DNA of 45,695 nucleotides from Mesotaenium endlicherianum (lineage: Eukaryota). Both the position numbers and the translations under genes were made by a program. Of the stretch, positions 39,169 through 45,695 are shown in pieces. Position 1 is the stretch's first letter. Each line of letters starts with the position of its first letter. A model generated the notes under the pieces. That model was not told the origin of the DNA and did not search any database. It was given only the letters and a program-made list of their open reading frames with translations. The stretch lies in contig WELA01001605.1 in assembly GCA_009602735.1 (NCBI GenBank), positions 3,120-48,814 on the forward strand, given 5' to 3'.

Positions 39169-42100
39169 GGCTCTGCTTCATGAAAAGATAGCTTGTATAC
39201 CTATTTATCATTTTTCAAAAGCCACAATCATGAAACAAAGTATATGTTTGTTGCCAGCGTCCAAAAGTATTGAATGTGGTTGTGAGAAAATTCCACTTTA
39301 ACGGTGAGATTCTAAATTTAACAACTATACTTATTGTCGATGATAAAAGTTCAAAATATTGAGGATCTTTTGTAACTTCTAAATGAGTAAAGATTGCTAG
39401 GAAAGCGTTTCTTTTAATCCTACATGATTTGCTTGTCTTGCATTGTTGCTACATTCTTATCTCTAAAATGTGATCACCTGCTGTGATGATATAAATTTGT
39501 TTTCATATATTTAATACTTCTCAATATTCATATCATAATTTTGTGTGGCCGATTCAAGTGTGAATAGATACTCTCGTGATTTGGTTCATGTTCTTTGAAC
39601 CTTGGAAGACATTTTTGAAATTAGAAGGAACTAAGAGAACTCCATGAGGCAAAAGTCAAATATGCCATTATTAGGTCAAAAGAACATGTGTCCATTATTC
39701 TAGAAAGAGGTGGCAAGTCTTGAGATGTATTGGGTGCCAACACATCAACATGCACCTTCCTAGAACGTACTTGTGTAGCAAGTATATGAACAAAAGTTAG
39801 AACATAGAGAAGCATTCTAGAATCACTCTTGTACTTGGCACATTCCAAAAATAGCTTAACTTTCAAGAAACCATCTGATTTTCAAGAAGCTACCACTTGT
39901 GTTCAAAGATCCTTGTCTTAATTAGATAAGGCATTCTATTTTACTGGTGTAATTTATCTATTTTTTTCACTACACCTGCTAGGCCAAGTCAATTTGAGCA
40001 ATTATTTTCCTGGCAAAGGATTGTAGATGACAAGTCATTGCAGTGGATTGGCTTATGAAGGAACTCATTTCAAAGAGCAAAGATCACGGTGTGGTCACCA
40101 CTAAGAATGAAGTGATAGAGCTAGGATGAACATTCCATAAGAACGTGCGACAGGTGTTGCATACAGGTGGCACGCATATCACACATGTGAGGACAAACAT
40201 AGTAGGCAACTTGAATGTCCAAATTGCTACCCAAAGGCAAAGCTTACAAAGGCCTCACCAGTTGTGATAGAGACACGTTCACTATTTTCCCTGGGCAAGA
40301 CGCTTGATTACAGCTTGAAGAGAGGGGAGGAAGCAAATCAAGTTTAATGCTAGCTACTTCTTTCATAGTTTTGCTCATTGTGCTTGACTTAGGATGAGTG
40401 CATCAGTTGGGAAGATGATAAATTTGCGAAAGATGCATAAGTATGTGAAGGGATTATGGCCATGGCCCTAGGCAGGAAGGTAGATTACAAAACATGAGGA
40501 ATGGGCGACACATTCAACATTCCGCATGAAGGCCCAAGTGCTAAGCACGCAAATTTGGCTGGACGATGATAGGTAGGGCATATGCGACTAGGTCAAACGT
40601 GCATAGGTATTAGGCACAACGAAAATTGATTCGAAACAATTATTTGGTCCACAATGAAAACAAATTGACAGTTTTGCGCCCATGCATGGCATGCCTAGTA
40701 GAATGATACAATTTTGGCACATTCTGGTAACGCATAAAGTTTTACGTGATTACGTCGTCCTTCGATATAAACAGGTCATATCTAAAAACATATGTGTATC
40801 GATCAAAACGATTACAACTCTGACACATCCTGAAATTTTTGTCTTAAGCAAACAATTGCGGACGATGACGGGAACATTATGCTTGATTGAAACCTCAAAG
40901 ATATTGTGGTTTTTTAAGTCAATCATTATTTTTGTCGTTGCACACTTCAAGTCGAAGGCACATGTGTGCGTAATACGTACAAAGATATATATGTTTACAC
41001 ATGTATTTACGCGTAATATGTAAGGGCCAAAATGCAAAAGTGGTGTATTCCATTACAAAGACGGCATGCTGCATGAAGCCCGGGTAAGCTGGACAACATG
41101 TCTTAGAGCTAGAAGAGTACTAAACCTTCCAAGCCTAACAATTGCCAATGACCACGACCTACAGCCCGTGTCCAGGTTCACTGTTTCAAATACCTTCATC
41201 TTTCTCGGATGTTTCCAAACACAAGTTTTTAGTAGCCCTTTGCTAATTAGCGAGAAGTTTTCCCAGGTTGTATGTATTTGCACACAGTATGTTAACATTC
41301 ATGTTTTGAAGACCAAACACTTAGGAGTTGGTGTAATTGGAGAACGCTCAAAAACTCCATCTTCGTCCCAACTTGGGTCCCATTGCTGTCTTAGTTTTGC
41401 CGAACATAGCAAGCATAAGAACAATTTTGCCCCATATGTGAAGGGCAATTTCTTTGCCCTTTGACAAAAAAAATGGCATAGAAACAGGTCTAAATGAACC
41501 AACGCCCGTCAAGCAAAGGTTTTTTCACTCACGTCCAAGATGGACCACCAAGATGTGCTCAATGTCCACGATGTTGTTCAAAAGTGGGTGGTCGTGGATT
41601 TTTGGATGACTCGATTTTGTGGTGTAAGCATATATGTAACTTACATAGGTGACTGGAAAAGCCCTAGCTTGTCACTCCTACATGGGCACATCTTGTAATA
41701 CAGTGTATGATGTGGGAGTTGAGATGTAAATGCTTCAAAAATGAACATGTGACAATCAAACTACAGAAGCAACAACAATTTTGCATATTTTGTTTATAAT
41801 GCCATGCATGTACATCAAGAGGAAAGATTGTGGTTGCTCAATGACTGATATCGTGTACTTGAGTTAACAATTTGTCCAATCATGACACATTTTCAGCATA
41901 TGCATTCTGCTTTGAACCAACGGGGGGCATAGCTTGAAATCGGTTTGTGAGCTCTTTTATTTGAATGAGGATTTCTACATTTGCTGGTAGGATTGCCCAC
42001 TCTGTAAACTTTGTTACCTTTCATACTGTGTGAAAGAATTTTGACAGGAGAAGTCAACATGAAATGGCTCATAATGTAAGATGCAAAAGGCTTAGGCATC

Positions 42101-42502
42101 CTTCAATGAAAGCACGCACTGTTGAGAATAACGACGACGAGCAAAAACCCTATCTTTGGCCTAAGGGCTAATAAATAGCGTCCATATCGAGATTGTTGGA
42201 GAGAGCACTTTGAGTGGAATGGTGGCTTGTGAAAGAGGGCAAAGATTGTTGTAAGGAGGCACAGGAGCATATACAGGGTGTATTTGTGGGCAAGGATTTG
42301 CTTTCAGGACGTAGGGCGGGCAGCCATGGCTGGTCGCAGTATCAATTCATGGACCTGAAGTGGTTTGTAATTGAGCAGAATTGGATGGATATGCTCGGAG
42401 TTCACCTAGTGAGAATAATTCCTGGCCTCTTGTAGAATCCAAAACTGGCAATTGGATACGCGCCCAAAAGTATCAAAGCAAACAAAGACCATGCTGACGC
42501 AC

Positions 42503-45305
<2,803 letters not shown>

Positions 45306-45695
45306 CTACACAGTCACAAGCTCATGAAGCCAGATTAGACGCATACATTTTGGGCTAAAATGACGTACACTAAAGCCCTCTCCAACACACCGTTTCCCCC
45401 TAATTACATATTCGAGTATAGGTGGAGAAACTCATCTTATCGTTGCTTCTTAATCACTCCAAATCAGGAGGGATTTAATAAAGATTATAGTATTATTAGG
45501 GACATTATTGGTACGATATTAATTGCAGAGGCTGCATGCTATGACTAACCCTCAAAACCGTCTTCTGGGAAGCTAATAAAGCGTGGAATGATATAATATA
45601 CACCAGCATCAATTATTTCAGCTGTAGTGATTTGAGTTATTATACATTAGTTTGCATATATTTTAATGTTTTCAAATATATTTGAAGTAGTATGG

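Overview
Eukaryotic, intron-rich genomic DNA with five N gaps, most likely from a streptophyte alga or early-diverging green plant (inferred from plant-type genes and GT-AG introns). The left ~27 kb is GC-rich. It holds a minus-strand CLASP microtubule regulator (ATG 18086 to stop 1111) that appears to lack TOG1 and has very long low-complexity linkers. Head-to-head with it lies a plus-strand UBP24/USP10-type deubiquitinase (19741-26724) with an N-terminal FGSF motif and a ~700-aa disordered extension. Two antisense PPR-protein exons sit inside the last UBP24 intron, where catalytic-domain exons are missing, so this is either a nested gene or a mis-scaffolded contig. The right ~19 kb is AT-richer. 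It holds an intact 15-exon GH1 beta-glucosidase (32796-28315, nucleophile motif ITENC instead of ITENG), an internally deleted Ty3/Gypsy LTR retrotransposon (34203-38211, AACCA target-site duplication), about 3.5 kb of unidentifiable sequence, and a tandem GH1 pseudogene whose 5' exons are not in the window. I found no convincing novel multi-gene system. The best leads are the domain and motif anomalies and the nested PPR exons. All exon calls were made by eye.
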